Source: Hydrurus foetidus
Lineage: Eukaryota
DNA length: 64,000 bases
Reading direction: 5' to 3'
Assembly (NCBI GenBank): GCA_900617105.1
Contig: UYFQ01000600.1
Coordinates: 1-64,000 of the forward strand
Numbering within the stretch: position 1 is the stretch's first letter; each line of letters opens with the position of its first letter. The position numbers and the translations under genes were made by a program. Shown here piece after piece: positions 43,399 to 54,430 of the stretch. The notes under the pieces are model-generated. The model was not told the origin of the DNA and did not search any database. It saw only the letters and a program-made list of their open reading frames with translations.

Positions 43399-45187
43399 CA
43401 GGTCACCAAAGCCTCGAACTCGTCGACCAGCCGTTCCAGCTGCGTGCAGCCCGCCGTCCAGAACGCCTTGTCGCGCGGGTTCAGGCCAAAGGGCTTGAGC
43501 GCCTCGACATAGGTCTTGGTCCCACCCGCCGCGAGCAATTCCTCATACAGCGGCGCGAAGCCTTGCGGATCCTCGCGGCGCTTTTCCATCAGGCCTCGCA
43601 CCAGCAGGTCGCCGAAGGCGTAGGCATAGACATAGAACGGCGCGTGGCAGAAGTGGCTGACATAGGCCCAGTAGTGCTCGTAGCCGGGGTTCAGCCTGAC
43701 GGCCGGGCCCAGGCTTTCGCCCATCACCTCCAGCCACAGGCCGCCGATCTGGTCGGGCGAAAGCTCGCCCTCCTGGCGGGCCTCGTGGAAGCGGCGCTCG
43801 AAGCGGTGGAAGGCGATCTGGCGGACCACGGTGTTGAGGCCATCCTCGATCCGGCCGGCCAGCAGCTTGCGGCGATCCTCGGCGTCGCCTCGGCCAGCAG
43901 CCGGTCGAACACCAGCCCCTCGCCGAAGATCGAGGCGGTCTCGGCCAGGGTCAGGGGCGTGTCGGCCAGCAGGGTGCCAAGCGGCGCGCACAGGGTCTGG
44001 TGCACGGCGTGGCCCAGTTCGTGGGCCAGGGTCAGCACGTCGCGCCGCTCGCCCATGAAGTTCATGAACACATAGGGGTGCCGGTCGGCGGTGACCGGAT
44101 GGGCATAGGCCGGACTGCTTGCCGGGGCGGGGCCGCGCGTCGATCCAGGGCTGGGTGAAGAAGGCGCGGGCGGCGTCGGCAAACTTCGGCGCCAGGGTCT
44201 GGAAGCTGTCCAGCACCACGGTCTTGGCCTCTTCCAGCCATAGGCGCGCGGCGCGGCAGCATCCAGCGGCGCGTTGCGGTCCCAGTAGTCGAGGGCGTCG
44301 ACGCCCATGATCTTCGCCTTCAGCGCATAATAGCGATGCGACAGGCGCGGATAGGCCTCGACCACCGCCGCCTCCAGGGCGTTGACGGCGTCGGCGTCGA
44401 CCTCGTTGGAGAGGTGTCGCGACTGGGCCGGCTCGGCATAGTGGCGCCAGCGATCCTCGACCTGCTTTTCGAAGGCCAGGGTGTTGAGCGCCAGGGCCTG
44501 GGTGGAAACGATGGCTTCCAGCGCCGTGGCCAGCCCCCCGGCGGCGGCCTTGCGGCGCGCGACGTCGGAGTCCGACAGACGGTTGAGCACCTCGGGCAGG
44601 GTCAGGCTCTCGTCGCCGACCCTGGCCTTCAGCTTGGCCAGGGTCTCGTCATACAGGCGCACCCAGTTGGCGACGGCCGGGCTCTTGTCGACGATGAAGC
44701 GCTCCAGGTCCGGCGACAGCTCGTGCGGCCGCGACAGGCGCACCCGGCGCAGCCACGGCGTCCAGCGGACGCCCAGCGGATAGGCTTTAAGCGCCGCCTC
44801 GATCTCGCTGTCTTCCAGCCTGTTGAGCTCCAGTGAGAAGAACAGGCTTTCGGCGGCGATCTGCGACGAGCGGGCCCGCAGGTCTCCCTCGAACTTGGCC
44901 CAGGCCGGATCGTCCTTGGCGATGGAGCCCGACAGGCTGGCATAGGCGCCGACGCTCCACAGGCCGTTGGTCGCCTGCTCATACAGCTGGATGCCGCGAT
45001 CGATCAGCAGGCCCAGCCGCTCGGGCTCGCCGCGCGCCTGCAGGAACAGGCCCTCAAGCGAGGCCAGCTCGTCATTGGCGGCCTTGGCGGCGGCCAGGTC
45101 GAGCTCAATGCGGGGATCGTCGCGACCGACATAGAGGTCGGCGAGGTTCCATTCGGGAAGGGCGTCGGTCTTGAAGGGGGCGTTCAT
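43398..45187 (-). CDS. pepF: Oligoendopeptidase F (M3B; frameshifted)
   Basis: LPEWNLADLY, TLAHELGHAVH, AETASIFGE, HAPFYVYAYAFG. Confidence 0.92.
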
Positions 45188-45244
45188 GGCCCTACCGATA
45201 TGGCCCGAACGGGGCCCAGTGCAATCGCCCCGCCGCCATTATCG

Positions 45245-45895
45245 TCAGACCGCTGGCTTGAGCTGCGGTTCGACGAAGCGGGCGATCAGGGCCACCACCA
45301 GATAGACGGCCAAGGCGGTAAGGCCCAGTTGCAGGGCGCCGCCGCCGGGCGGCGATGCCAGGGCAATTTCCTGAACGGCCAGAAGCAGGCCCAGAAACAG
45401 CGGGGCCGGCCACCAGGCCCGACCCTCAAGTCCGCGTCGCCAGGCCCAGGCCGCCCCGGCCATGGCCAGCAGGCCCATTTCCAGGGCCTGCTCAGGCACG
45501 GGATAGTTCCACCAGCCCAAGCCCACCTTGGGACCGCCGAACCACAGGGCCAAGTCCGGTCGGTGGACCAGAAAATCCAGGCCCCAGTGCGACAGCACCG
45601 TCAGCCCGACCACCGCAGCAGTCCAGCGCGGAAGCTTCAGCAGCCAGCCCGCCAGAACGGCCGCCGCCACCGCCCACAGGGCCGCGCCGGGCAGGCTGTG
45701 GGTATAGGGCATGTGCTCCAGGACCAGAGCGCTGCCCGGCAAGGTCGGATCGACCCTGACTCGCTCGACCCCGGTCATGATCAGCACGCTCCAGCCGACA
45801 TCGATCAGCTGGCTGGCCAGCACATAGGTCCACAGCGGCGCCTTGGGCGCGACGGCCTTGGCGGCCAGGGCGGCGGCGTAGTGTCCGACAAACAT
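45245..45895 (-). CDS. Membrane-bound metal-dependent hydrolase-like protein
   Basis: MFVGHY, LID, YTHSL, SHWGLDFLVHRPDL motifs. Confidence 0.75.
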   Translation of the reverse strand: MFVGHYAAALAAKAVAPKAPLWTYVLASQLIDVGWSVLIMTGVERVRVDPTLPGSALVLEHMPYTHSLPGAALWAVAAAVLAGWLLKLPRWTAAVVGLTVLSHWGLDFLVHRPDLALWFGGPKVGLGWWNYPVPEQALEMGLLAMAGAAWAWRRGLEGRAWWPAPLFLGLLLAVQEIALASPPGGGALQLGLTALAVYLVVALIARFVEPQLKPAV

Positions 45896-46218
45896 CGTGT
45901 TCCCCCAGAATGAACGCCCTCAGCATGCGCCCGGTCCGCCAGGTTTGGAAACCGGCGTTCTGGGATGGGGCGGCCTCGACCCACAGCCGCCCCTCCTCGC
46001 GTCTACTTCCGCCAATGCTTTCACCGCCGCGCCGGCGCACGCCGCCAGGCCTCCTCGGCCACCCTCAAACCCCTTGCTGGCAAGGCCTTGTTAAGCCTGA
46101 ACCTTAAGGTTGCCGACACCTCTCCGAAAGCCGGTGTTTACCCGGGTGCTGTACCACTCTGAACCAACAAGAGCCCTGCTCCATGTCGAGCGCGGCCGGT
46201 TATGGTGGGTGTCTTCCT

Positions 46219-46920
46219 ATGTCCAAGACGGTTCTCGTCGTCGATGACGATCCGACTCAGCGTCGCCTGATCCAGGCGGTGCTGGAACGTGACGGGTTCG
46301 CGGTCTCGCATGCCGAGAGCGGCGACGCCGCGATGGGGCACCTGAACTCCGGCGCGCCCACCGACGTGGTGCTGCTGGATCTGGTCATGCCCGGCCTGAA
46401 CGGCCACGACACCCTCAAGGAGATGCGTTCGCGCGGCTTTATGCAGCCCGTGATCGTGCTGACCGCCAGCGGCGGCGTCGACACCGTGGTCAAGGCCATG
46501 CAGGCCGGCGCCACCGACTTCTTCATCAAGCCGGCCTCCCCCGAGCGGATCACCGTGTCGATCCGCAACGCCCTGTCGATGGGCGACCTGAAGGGCGAGG
46601 TCGAGCGTCTGACCAAGCGCACCGCCGGCAAGACCACCTTCGCCGACCTGATCGGGACCTCGCCCGCCATGACCCTGGTCAAGCGGATGGGCGAGCGCGC
46701 CGCCAAGAGCGCCATCCCGATCCTGATCACCGGCGAAAGCGGCGTCGGCAAGGAGCTGATCGCCCGCGCAGTGCATGGTTCATCCGACCGCGCCGGCAAA
46801 CCGTTCGTGGCCGTCAACTGCGGCGCCATTCCCGAAAACCTCGTGGAGTCGATCCTGTTCGGCCACGAGAAGGGCAGCTTCACCGGCGCCACCGACAAGC
46901 ATCTGGGCAAGTTCAAGGAA

Positions 46921-46961
<41 letters not shown>

Positions 46962-47691
46962 GCCGCTGGACATGCAGGTCAAGCTGCTGCGGGCCCTGCA
47001 GGAAGGCGAGATCGATCCGATCGGCTCCAAGCGCTCGCAGAAGGTCGATGTGCGCATCGTCTCGGCGACCAATCGCGACGTGGCTCACGCCGTGTCACAG
47101 GGCCGGTTCCGCGAGGATCTCTATTATCGTCTCAACGTCTTCCCGATCGAGGCCCCGTCCCTGCGCGAACGCCGCGAGGACGTGCCGGCCCTGGTCGAGG
47201 CCTTCATCCGCCGCTTCAATGTGGAAGAGGGCAAGCGGGTCATCGGCGCCTCGCCGGAAACCCTGGCCCTGCTGACCGCCTTCGACTGGCCGGGCAATGT
47301 GCGCCAGCTGGAAAACACGGTCTATCGCGCCATCGTCCTGGCCGACGCGCCCTATCTGCAGCCCTATGACTTCCCGGCGATTTCGGGCCTGCAGGCGCCG
47401 ATCGAGGCCATGCCCTCGGCCAGCGTTACCGGGCCCGACCTGCCGTCCGTGCTGCAGGCGACGCATGCCGCCATGGCCAGCGCTCCGGGCGATGCGCCGG
47501 TGCGCATCCTCGACGATCGCGGTCATTTGCGGACTTTGGAAGATATCGAACGCGACCTTATCCAGCACGCGATCGATGTTTATGCCGGCCATATGAGCGA
47601 GGTGGCGCGCCGCCTCGGGATTGGCCGCTCGACCCTCTATCGCAAGGTGCGCGAGCAGGGCATCGATGTCGACATGAAGGAAACTGGCTGA
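46219..47691 (+). CDS. tacA: Sigma-54 activator TacA
   Basis: REC, AAA+ ([14 protein letters not shown]), Fis-type HTH; context next to gapR. Confidence 0.9.
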
Positions 47692-47788
47692 TGACCCTCG
47701 TTTTGCGCCCGGTCTCGCGCGAGCAGCGCCTGAAGACGCTGATTAAGCCTTGGAAGGCGCCCCGCCAGGCGCCCCGCCAGGTCTGAAG

Positions 47789-48253
47789 TCAAGCCACCCG
47801 GGCGACTTCACTCTCGTCGGAATGGTCGGGTTCGACCGTTTCGGCGTTCCGGGTCCAGCCCGCCGCGCCACGCGTCACCGCGCCGTCGGCCTCTAGCTGC
47901 TGCAGTTCAAGTGTAATGGCCGTCACCGGCACCGAACGGTTCCAGCGGCGTTCCAGCTGGAGCGCGATGTCGGTCGCCGCCAGACCCACACCGCCCTGCT
48001 GCAGAGCCATCAGGATCATGTCGCCGATCGAGCGGCTTCGCCGTCCGCGGCGGCTGGGAGCCGGGCTGGAGAAGGCCGAAGCTTCGGCCGCTATGCGGTC
48101 CTCGCTGAGACCGGCTCTTTCGATCGCCCCCAGGGCCAGGCTGATCGCGCGCAGTTCGCCCTCGAAAGGCGCCAGCGCGCGTTTCTGAGCCTCAGCCATG
48201 CGGACCTCTAGGTCCGCCTTTCTTCGCAATAGATAGTCATACGTCGTCGCCAT
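47789..48253 (-). CDS. Hypothetical protein, coiled coil plus winged-helix-like C-terminus
   Basis: 154-aa ORF; IGDMILMALQQGGVGLAATDI..LQQLEADGAVTRGAAGW. Confidence 0.6.
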   Translation of the reverse strand: MATTYDYLLRRKADLEVRMAEAQKRALAPFEGELRAISLALGAIERAGLSEDRIAAEASAFSSPAPSRRGRRSRSIGDMILMALQQGGVGLAATDIALQLERRWNRSVPVTAITLELQQLEADGAVTRGAAGWTRNAETVEPDHSDESEVARVA

Positions 48254-48819
48254 GGCGCTTGTCCGTTACCGTTAGCGTTGAACCGGCGCCGATGCAGATA
48301 GAGGTCCGCGCGCGCTGGAAAGGGCGAACGTCGCCCCCACCGGACGAAGCGTTCCTTACTGTCAGGATCACGAAGACCCTGCGCCATAATGTCTCACCCC
48401 GCTGGTTACCGTGACCTTAATGAAGTTCGCTGAACCTTGTTTTCCGGTAAGCTTTTGGGACTTTATTTCAGTAAAATCAGCCGAAAAACCTTTATGCTGA
48501 GCGCCGCGCGCCATACCTGAGATCCCAAGCCGCTACAGGCCTGCCTCGCCTTGCGACGGTCGGCCCGCAGGCTCCAGCGCGCCAATGACTGCCGCATATT
48601 GCCAGAGTGTCGCTGGGGAAGGCGGCCCGGCTGAAGCGCCCGGACGTCGCCATCGACAGCGGCGCGGTCCCAGAGGCTGTTATGTCGCACAACTTCAGGA
48701 TGCATAAGCGTCCCGTCGGCGATGGACGCCGGATCAGGACCTGCAAACGCCGAGCGCCGGGGACATCGACAGCGGCCATGGCGCGCCCAGCTCGAACACC
48801 ACCACGACGCCGCCGGCCG

Positions 48820-49161
48820 CTACCCGTCGTCCTCGGGCTCGCCCTCGGCCGGTGCGGGCGCCTCGCGACGGCCAAAGCCCCGGCCGCGTTTCATGGGCTT
48901 CTTCTCGCCCTTGGCCTTGGCGACGATTTCCTTGAGCTTGATCGTTTGGTTGCCCGACAGGGCCTGGTCGCGACCGCCTTTTTCAGGATCGCCGAAGGCT
49001 CGGCCATAGGTCTCGACGCGCTGGGCGACGGAGGTCAGGAACTCGCCCTCCCAGTCGGAAAGCGCGATCCCGCTCTTCTCGGCTGCCCGCCGGGCGCGCT
49101 TCAGCGCGTTGAGCGCCGAACGTTTGGCTTGAGCTCGAGGATCGGGGGGCTTGGCGCGCAT
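48820..49161 (-). CDS. Conserved hypothetical protein
   Basis: LSDWEGEFLTSVAQRVETYGRAFGDPEKG; high-GC codon usage; downstream of gapR. Confidence 0.7.
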   Translation of the reverse strand: MRAKPPDPRAQAKRSALNALKRARRAAEKSGIALSDWEGEFLTSVAQRVETYGRAFGDPEKGGRDQALSGNQTIKLKEIVAKAKGEKKPMKRGRGFGRREAPAPAEGEPEDDG

Positions 49162-49249
49162 CGCCGGGGACTATCCCCGAAGCCGCGCCAAACCGCACCC
49201 CGCAAAAATACTCAAGGCGCGCGTTCGCGCGCCGACCAAGAAGGGCGCT

Positions 49250-49516
49250 TTAGATCGCGCCGACGGCCGACAGATAGAGGTCGAGGATGGCGTCCTCTTC
49301 CTGACGCTTGGCGCGGTCCTGCTTGAGGATGCGAACCACCTTGCGCAGGATCTTGACGTCGAAGCCGTTACCCTTGGCCTCGTTATAGACTTCCTTGATC
49401 TGCTCGGAGATCTCGGCCTTCTCGACCTCAAGGCGCTCGATGCGCTCGATGATGCTCTTCAGCTGGCCTTGGGCGGTGGAGTTCAGAACGTCGGCGTGGG
49501 CGGCGTCGTCGGCCAT
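49250..49516 (-). CDS. gapR: Nucleoid-associated protein GapR (DUF2312)
   Basis: QLKSIIERIERLEVEK..IKEVYNEAKGNGFDVK..EEDAILDLY. Confidence 0.95.
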   Translation of the reverse strand: MADDAAHADVLNSTAQGQLKSIIERIERLEVEKAEISEQIKEVYNEAKGNGFDVKILRKVVRILKQDRAKRQEEDAILDLYLSAVGAI

Positions 49517-49578
49517 GACGGAAAGCTCTCAGTCGGAATGGAAATTGGGTCGCGGACCATAGTCGGCGCGCCCCCGCC

Positions 49579-50196
49579 TCACAACAGCCCGTGCGCCTGA
49601 ATCATCGGCCGCAGGGCCGTCGGATCTGTGAACAGATGTGTATGGAATCCCATCGCGTCAGCGGCGGCGATATTGGCGGCGTTGTCATCCACGAACAGCA
49701 GGTCGCCCGGCGCCAGCCCCGTCCGCTCCAGCACGATCTCGTAGATCCGCCGCTCGGGCTTGATGACGCCTTCCTCGGCCGAGACGATCACGTCCCGGAA
49801 GTGTCCGAACACCGGGCTCATCGCCTGGACGCCGGGCCAGGCTTGGCTGGACATGTTGGTGAGGCCAAACTGCGGGACGCCCCGGGTGGCCAGGTCGTCC
49901 ATCACGGATTCAGTCTCGGAAATCGCGCCCGAGAACATTTCCGGCCAGCGGTCCCACCAGGCGGCGATCTGCTCGGCATAGTGGGGATGCAGCGGCGTCA
50001 GCCGGGCGATGTTGTCGGCGAACGACAGGCCCCGGTCGGTCTCGCCGTGCCAGTCCATGGTGCAGACACGCAAAAGGAACCCGTCGAGTTCGGCGGGTTC
50101 CTTGAAAATCTTTGCGAAGAGCGTGCGCGGATTCCAGCGCACGATGACATTGCCGACATCCCAGAGCAGCGCCCCAGGATGGCCGACAGCGGTCAT
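49579..50196 (-). CDS. HAD-family phosphatase
   Basis: WDVGNV, LTN, KPERRIY, FVDD motifs. Confidence 0.9.
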   Translation of the reverse strand: MTAVGHPGALLWDVGNVIVRWNPRTLFAKIFKEPAELDGFLLRVCTMDWHGETDRGLSFADNIARLTPLHPHYAEQIAAWWDRWPEMFSGAISETESVMDDLATRGVPQFGLTNMSSQAWPGVQAMSPVFGHFRDVIVSAEEGVIKPERRIYEIVLERTGLAPGDLLFVDDNAANIAAADAMGFHTHLFTDPTALRPMIQAHGLL

Positions 50197-50321
50197 CAGC
50201 CCTGCTTGGCTTTGAAGCGCGGGTCGGTCTTGTTGATGATGTAGACCACGCCCTTACGACGGACCAACTTGCAGTCGCGGTGGCGCGACTTCAGCGACTT
50301 CAGCGAGCTACGAACCTTCAT
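50196..50321 (-). CDS. rpmJ: 50S ribosomal protein L36 (Zn-independent type)
   Basis: [41 protein letters not shown], 41 aa; below the ORF-track cutoff; TGATG coupling to the HAD gene. Confidence 0.97.
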
Positions 50322-50512
50322 GACCGTCTCTATACTCAGCGGAAAAGTTCGGCGCGCCATTGGGCGACCGGACCATCCGGGATGTTTCGGAGGGAGGGCG
50401 TATAGGCAAGGCGGGACACAGAGTCAACGGCTCCAAGGCCCTGGAGCGGAACTTCACCGCTCTGTCGGCCTTGTGATTGAAGAGTTCACCCGGATGCCGG
50501 TAGCCTGCGCCC

Positions 50513-51805
50513 ATGGATCGTCGCTTCTTTCTCGTTCTCCTGCTGGCCGGCTGCGCGGATACGTCCCCGCAGGGGCCGCTGACCCCGCTCGTCTCGGCGC
50601 TGCCCACGCCCGCGCCGGCGCCGACCGGCAGCGCGCCCTCGCCCATGATCGCCACGCCCGTCCCGGCCGGTGAGCTGAGCTTCGACTCATGGCTGGCCGA
50701 CTTCATGGTCCGCGCCGAGGCCGCCGGCCTGACCCGGCAACTGCTCGAGCGTGAACTGGGCGGCGTGACGCCCGACCCCAAGGTCATCAGCCTGGATGGC
50801 CGCCAGCCGGAATTCTCCAAGCCGGTCGGCGACTATATCAAGGGCGTGATCAGCGACGACCGCGTCGCCGTGGGCCGCCGCAAGCGCGACGAGCTGGCCT
50901 TCCTGCCGGGCGTCGAGAGCCGCTATGGCGTGCCGCGCGACATCCTGCTGGCCGTCTGGGCCATGGAATCGGCGTTCGGCCAGATCCAGGGCAATTTCGA
51001 CGTCGTGCGCTCGATGGTCAGCCTGGCCGCCGACGGCCGCCGTCGCGGCTGGGCCGAGGGCGAACTGATCGCGGCCCTGCAGATCATCGATTCGGGCGAG
51101 GTCACCCGCGGCCAGCTCAAGGGCTCCTGGGCCGGGGCCATGGGCCAGACCCAGTTCCTGCCCAGCAACTATCGCACCACCGCCGTCGACGCCGACGGCG
51201 ACGGCAAGCGCGACATCTGGGGCTCGGACGCCGATTCCCTGGCCTCGGCCGCCAACCTGCTGGCCAAGGGCGGGTGGAAGCCCGGCGTGGGCTGGGCCAA
51301 GGAAGTGATCCTGCCGGCCGGCTTTGATTACGGCCTGTCGGAAGGCCCGCGCGAGATCCCGTCCTGGTGGGAAGCCAGGGGCGTCCGCCGCGCCGACGGC
51401 CTGCCCTGGACTAGCGCCGACGCCGCCTCGCCTGCCGGCCTGATCCTGCCGGCCGGCGCCTCGGGACCGGCCTTCCTGGCCCTGCCCAACCACTTCGCGA
51501 TCCGCAAGTACAACAACTCCACCTCCTACGCCCTGGGCATAGGCCTGCTGGCCGACCGCTTCGCCGGCGGCGGGCCCCTGGTCGCCGCCTGGCCCGTCGA
51601 GGCGCCGCTGTCGCTGTCGGACCGCATGGCCGCCCAGATCGCCCTGGCGCGCCTGGGCTTCGACCCCGGCGCCCCCGACGGCGTGATCGGCGCCGGCAGC
51701 CGCAAGGCCCTGCGCGACTGGCAGCGCAGCCGCCAGCTGCCGGCGGACGGCTATCTGTCGATGGACATCGTCCAGCGGCTCAAGGCCCAGGCGGGGCTGA
51801 GCTAG
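50513..51805 (+). CDS. Lytic murein transglycosylase (MltB family) lipoprotein with PG-binding domain
   Basis: LLAGC lipobox, WAMESAFG, GSWAGAMGQTQFLPS, YNNSTSYA, C-terminal DGVIG. Confidence 0.92.
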   Translation: MDRRFFLVLLLAGCADTSPQGPLTPLVSALPTPAPAPTGSAPSPMIATPVPAGELSFDSWLADFMVRAEAAGLTRQLLERELGGVTPDPKVISLDGRQPEFSKPVGDYIKGVISDDRVAVGRRKRDELAFLPGVESRYGVPRDILLAVWAMESAFGQIQGNFDVVRSMVSLAADGRRRGWAEGELIAALQIIDSGEVTRGQLKGSWAGAMGQTQFLPSNYRTTAVDADGDGKRDIWGSDADSLASAANLLAKGGWKPGVGWAKEVILPAGFDYGLSEGPREIPSWWEARGVRRADGLPWTSADAASPAGLILPAGASGPAFLALPNHFAIRKYNNSTSYALGIGLLADRFAGGGPLVAAWPVEAPLSLSDRMAAQIALARLGFDPGAPDGVIGAGSRKALRDWQRSRQLPADGYLSMDIVQRLKAQAGLS

Positions 51806-51839
51806 AGCGCGGAAATTCCTTCAGCCGCCGCTTCTTCCA

Positions 51840-51972
51840 CGTCATTCCCGCCCTTGTGGCGGGAACCCCTGTTTCAGCTGACACGTGAAGCGCCAGCGAA
51901 GTGCGCGCGCACTTCGCCCCTCCCGCACCTGCGGCGGATGGAGGGGTTCCCGCCACAAGGGCGGGAATGACG
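51840..51972. repeat. Palindromic intergenic element (GTCATTCCCG..CGGGAATGAC type)
   Basis: Perfect 31-bp arms CGTCATTCCCGCCCTTGTGGCGGGAACCCCT / AGGGGTTCCCGCCACAAGGGCGGGAATGACG. Confidence 0.9.
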
Positions 51973-52003
51973 GAAGGTTATGGGATGGGGCAGCGTTACC
52001 CCC

Positions 52004-52851
52004 TCAGCCCGTCGCGATCTCCATCCAGACCGCGTGAGTCTGACCCGGCGCCAACGTCACCATCCCGTTATCGCCCTCGCCGAACGGATTGGGCCGGCTG
52101 GCGCAGGGTTCGACGCAGTAGAAGTCATGGCCCGGCGGCGCATAGACGTGCAGCCAGCGGCAATCGGGCGACGCGGTGATCGTGGTGGTCGGCAGGCCCG
52201 GCGCGCTGAGCTCAGCTCGCTGGTTCCAGCCGGTGTAGCAGTGATCGATCAGGGTCGCGTGGCCTTCGACGCCCGCGCCATGGGCCCAGTCAGCCCCCAG
52301 ACGCCCTGGTGCCGCACCGTCGGCAGCACGTCCTGATCGATCATCCAGACGCCGTCGACCGACGCCTTCAGCCCCTCGCCCGGACGCAGGGGGAAATAGG
52401 GGTGGAAGCCCAGGCCGGCGGGCATGGGCGTGTCGCCCGTATTGGTCACCGACAGCTCAAGACGCAGACGGCTTTCGCTCAGGACGAACCGCTGCTCGGC
52501 GCGATAGGCCCAGGGCCAGTCGGAGGGCGCATGGTCATAGGAGAGCAGCGCCTGGGCGCCCTTGGCGGCGTCGACGGCCCAGGGATGGCGCCAGCCCTGG
52601 CCATGCAGAGGATGAGGATGGTCGCCAAGGTTCGGCCTCAGAACGCGCTCCTGGCCCTGGAAGGTGAACCGGCCGTGCGGAATGCGGTTGCAGAACGGGA
52701 CCAGCGGAAAGCTGGAGACGTCCAGCGGATCGGTCGCGCCCCGCGCCATGGGCCGGAGGATATCGCGGCCCGCGACGGTAAATCCCGCGACGGCGCCGCC
52801 GACATCGGGAAACAGGTCAAGGCGCGCCGCGCCGTTTTCAAGAACGATCAT
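52004..52851 (-). CDS. Aldose 1-epimerase family protein (frameshift near 52270)
   Basis: FPLVPFCNRI, HPLHG, GLGFHPYF, FYCVEP. Confidence 0.88.
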
Positions 52852-52955
52852 GGCGCATCGGTAGGGCGTTTTCCGGATCGCGCGCAAGCCTGAAGGGTAG
52901 CGCTCCCATGCGGGTCGACTTGCGCGATCGGGCCGGGCGATGCTCAAACTTGGCC

Positions 52956-54160
52956 ATGACCGAGAAGCTCTCCGCCAGGACGGCGCGACGCATGGCGCTG
53001 GCGGCGCAGGGGTTTGGCAAGGCGCGCCCCGCCGCGCCGGGGCGGCGCCATGTGCTGTCGACGATCGACACGCTGGGTCTGCTGCAAATCGACTCGGTCA
53101 ATGTGGTGTCGCGCTCGCACTATCTGCCGCTGTTCTCACGGCTGGGCGACTATCCGCGAACGCTGCTGGAAGACGTCGCCTGGGGCAAGACGCCCGCCCT
53201 GGTCGAATACTGGGGCCACGAGGCGTCGCTGATGCCGCATGACCTGCACCCGCTGCTGCGCTGGCGGATGGCCGACGCCAGGGCCGGGGTGGGTGTCTGG
53301 AAGGGCGTGGCGAAGTTTCTCGACAGCCATCCCGACCTGATCGCCAGCGCCCTGGACGAGATCCGCCGGCGCGGCCCGCTTTCAGCCGGCGAGCTGGAGA
53401 CCGGCGCCAAGAAGGGTCCCGGCGGCTGGTGGGGCTGGAGCGAGTCCAAGCGCGCTGTCGAATGCCTGTTCTGGATCGGCGAACTGACCACGGCCACCGC
53501 CGCGCCGGCTTCGAGCGGGTCTATGGCACGCCAGACCAGGTGCTGCCGGCGTCGCTGATCGAGACCCCCACGCCCAGGCGCGAGGACGCCCACCGCGCCC
53601 TGCTGACCCGCGCCGCCGGGGCCATGGGCGTGGCCACCGAACGTGACCTGCGCGACTATTTCCGCATGGGTCCTGTCGAGAGCCGCGCCCGCATCGCCGA
53701 GCTGGTCGAGGACTGCGTGCTGATCCCAGCCCGGGTCGAAGGCTGGGAGCAGACGGCCTATGTCGCCGCCGGGGCCGCGCGGCCGCGCAGGATCGAGGCC
53801 ACCGCCCTGCTCTCGCCGTTCGACAACCTGATCTGGTTTCGCGAGCGCACCGAACGGATCTTCGACGCCCGTATCCGGCTGGAAATCTACACCCCCGCCC
53901 ACCTGCGCACCCACGGCTACTATGTGCTGCCGTTCCTGCAGGGCGAGACCATCACGGCCCGGGTCGACCTGAAGGCCGACCGCAAGACGGGCCGGCTGTT
54001 GGTCCAGGCCGCCCACGCCGAGCCCGCCGCTGACGGCGACACAGCCTCCGCCCTGGCGCGGGAGCTGCGGCTGATGGCGGGGTGGTTAGGCCTAACGGAC
54101 GTGGCCGTCGCCGAGCGGGGCGACCTGGCCCACGCCCTGACGGCTGAACTGAAGGTCTGA
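52956..54160 (+). CDS. ycaQ: YcaQ/AlkZ-family (HTH_42) crosslink-repair DNA glycosylase (frameshift near 53498)
   Basis: LLQIDSVNVVSRSHYL (QxD), EYWGHEAS, LLSPFDNLIW.RER, RLEIYTP..GYYVLP. Confidence 0.88.
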
Positions 54161-54203
54161 CCCATGAAGTTGGCGGGTCTGGTCAGGCCAGACTTGGACG
54201 ACC

Positions 54204-54341
54204 TCAGGCGACCTCGCGGCCCTCGCTGAGGCATTCGCTGATGGCGCGCGCGCAGCCCGGTATGCCGAGCGCGCCGATGAACGACATGGCGACGGCGCCG
54301 ACCAGCATCACGGGCTGAAAGATCGATTGGAAGAAGCGCAT
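54204..54341 (-). CDS. 45-aa small hydrophobic protein
   Basis: MRFFQSIFQPVMLVGAVAMSFIGALGIPGCARAISECLSEGREVA; SD GGAGAG 5 nt upstream. Confidence 0.5.
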   Translation of the reverse strand: MRFFQSIFQPVMLVGAVAMSFIGALGIPGCARAISECLSEGREVA

Positions 54342-54430
54342 GGAGTCTCTCCGCAAAGCCTCACCGTTCGGCACTGTGCAGATCAGTAAGCCCCAACCAT
54401 GACAATTGTTCCGGACCCGCACAGAAAAGC

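Noticed and set aside
46091..46107. Canonical CtrA box upstream of tacA
   Set aside because: Spacing is TTAA-N9-TTAA rather than N7; plausible half-sites but not called.
47755..47782. Tandem AGGCGCCCC(C)GCC duplication
   Set aside because: Only two short copies; chance or consensus stutter, and not a CRISPR or iteron array.
13849..50321. Zinc-free L31 and L36 as a zinc-starvation paralogue system
   Set aside because: Zn-independent forms are the normal single copies in Alphaproteobacteria, and no Zur box was seen.
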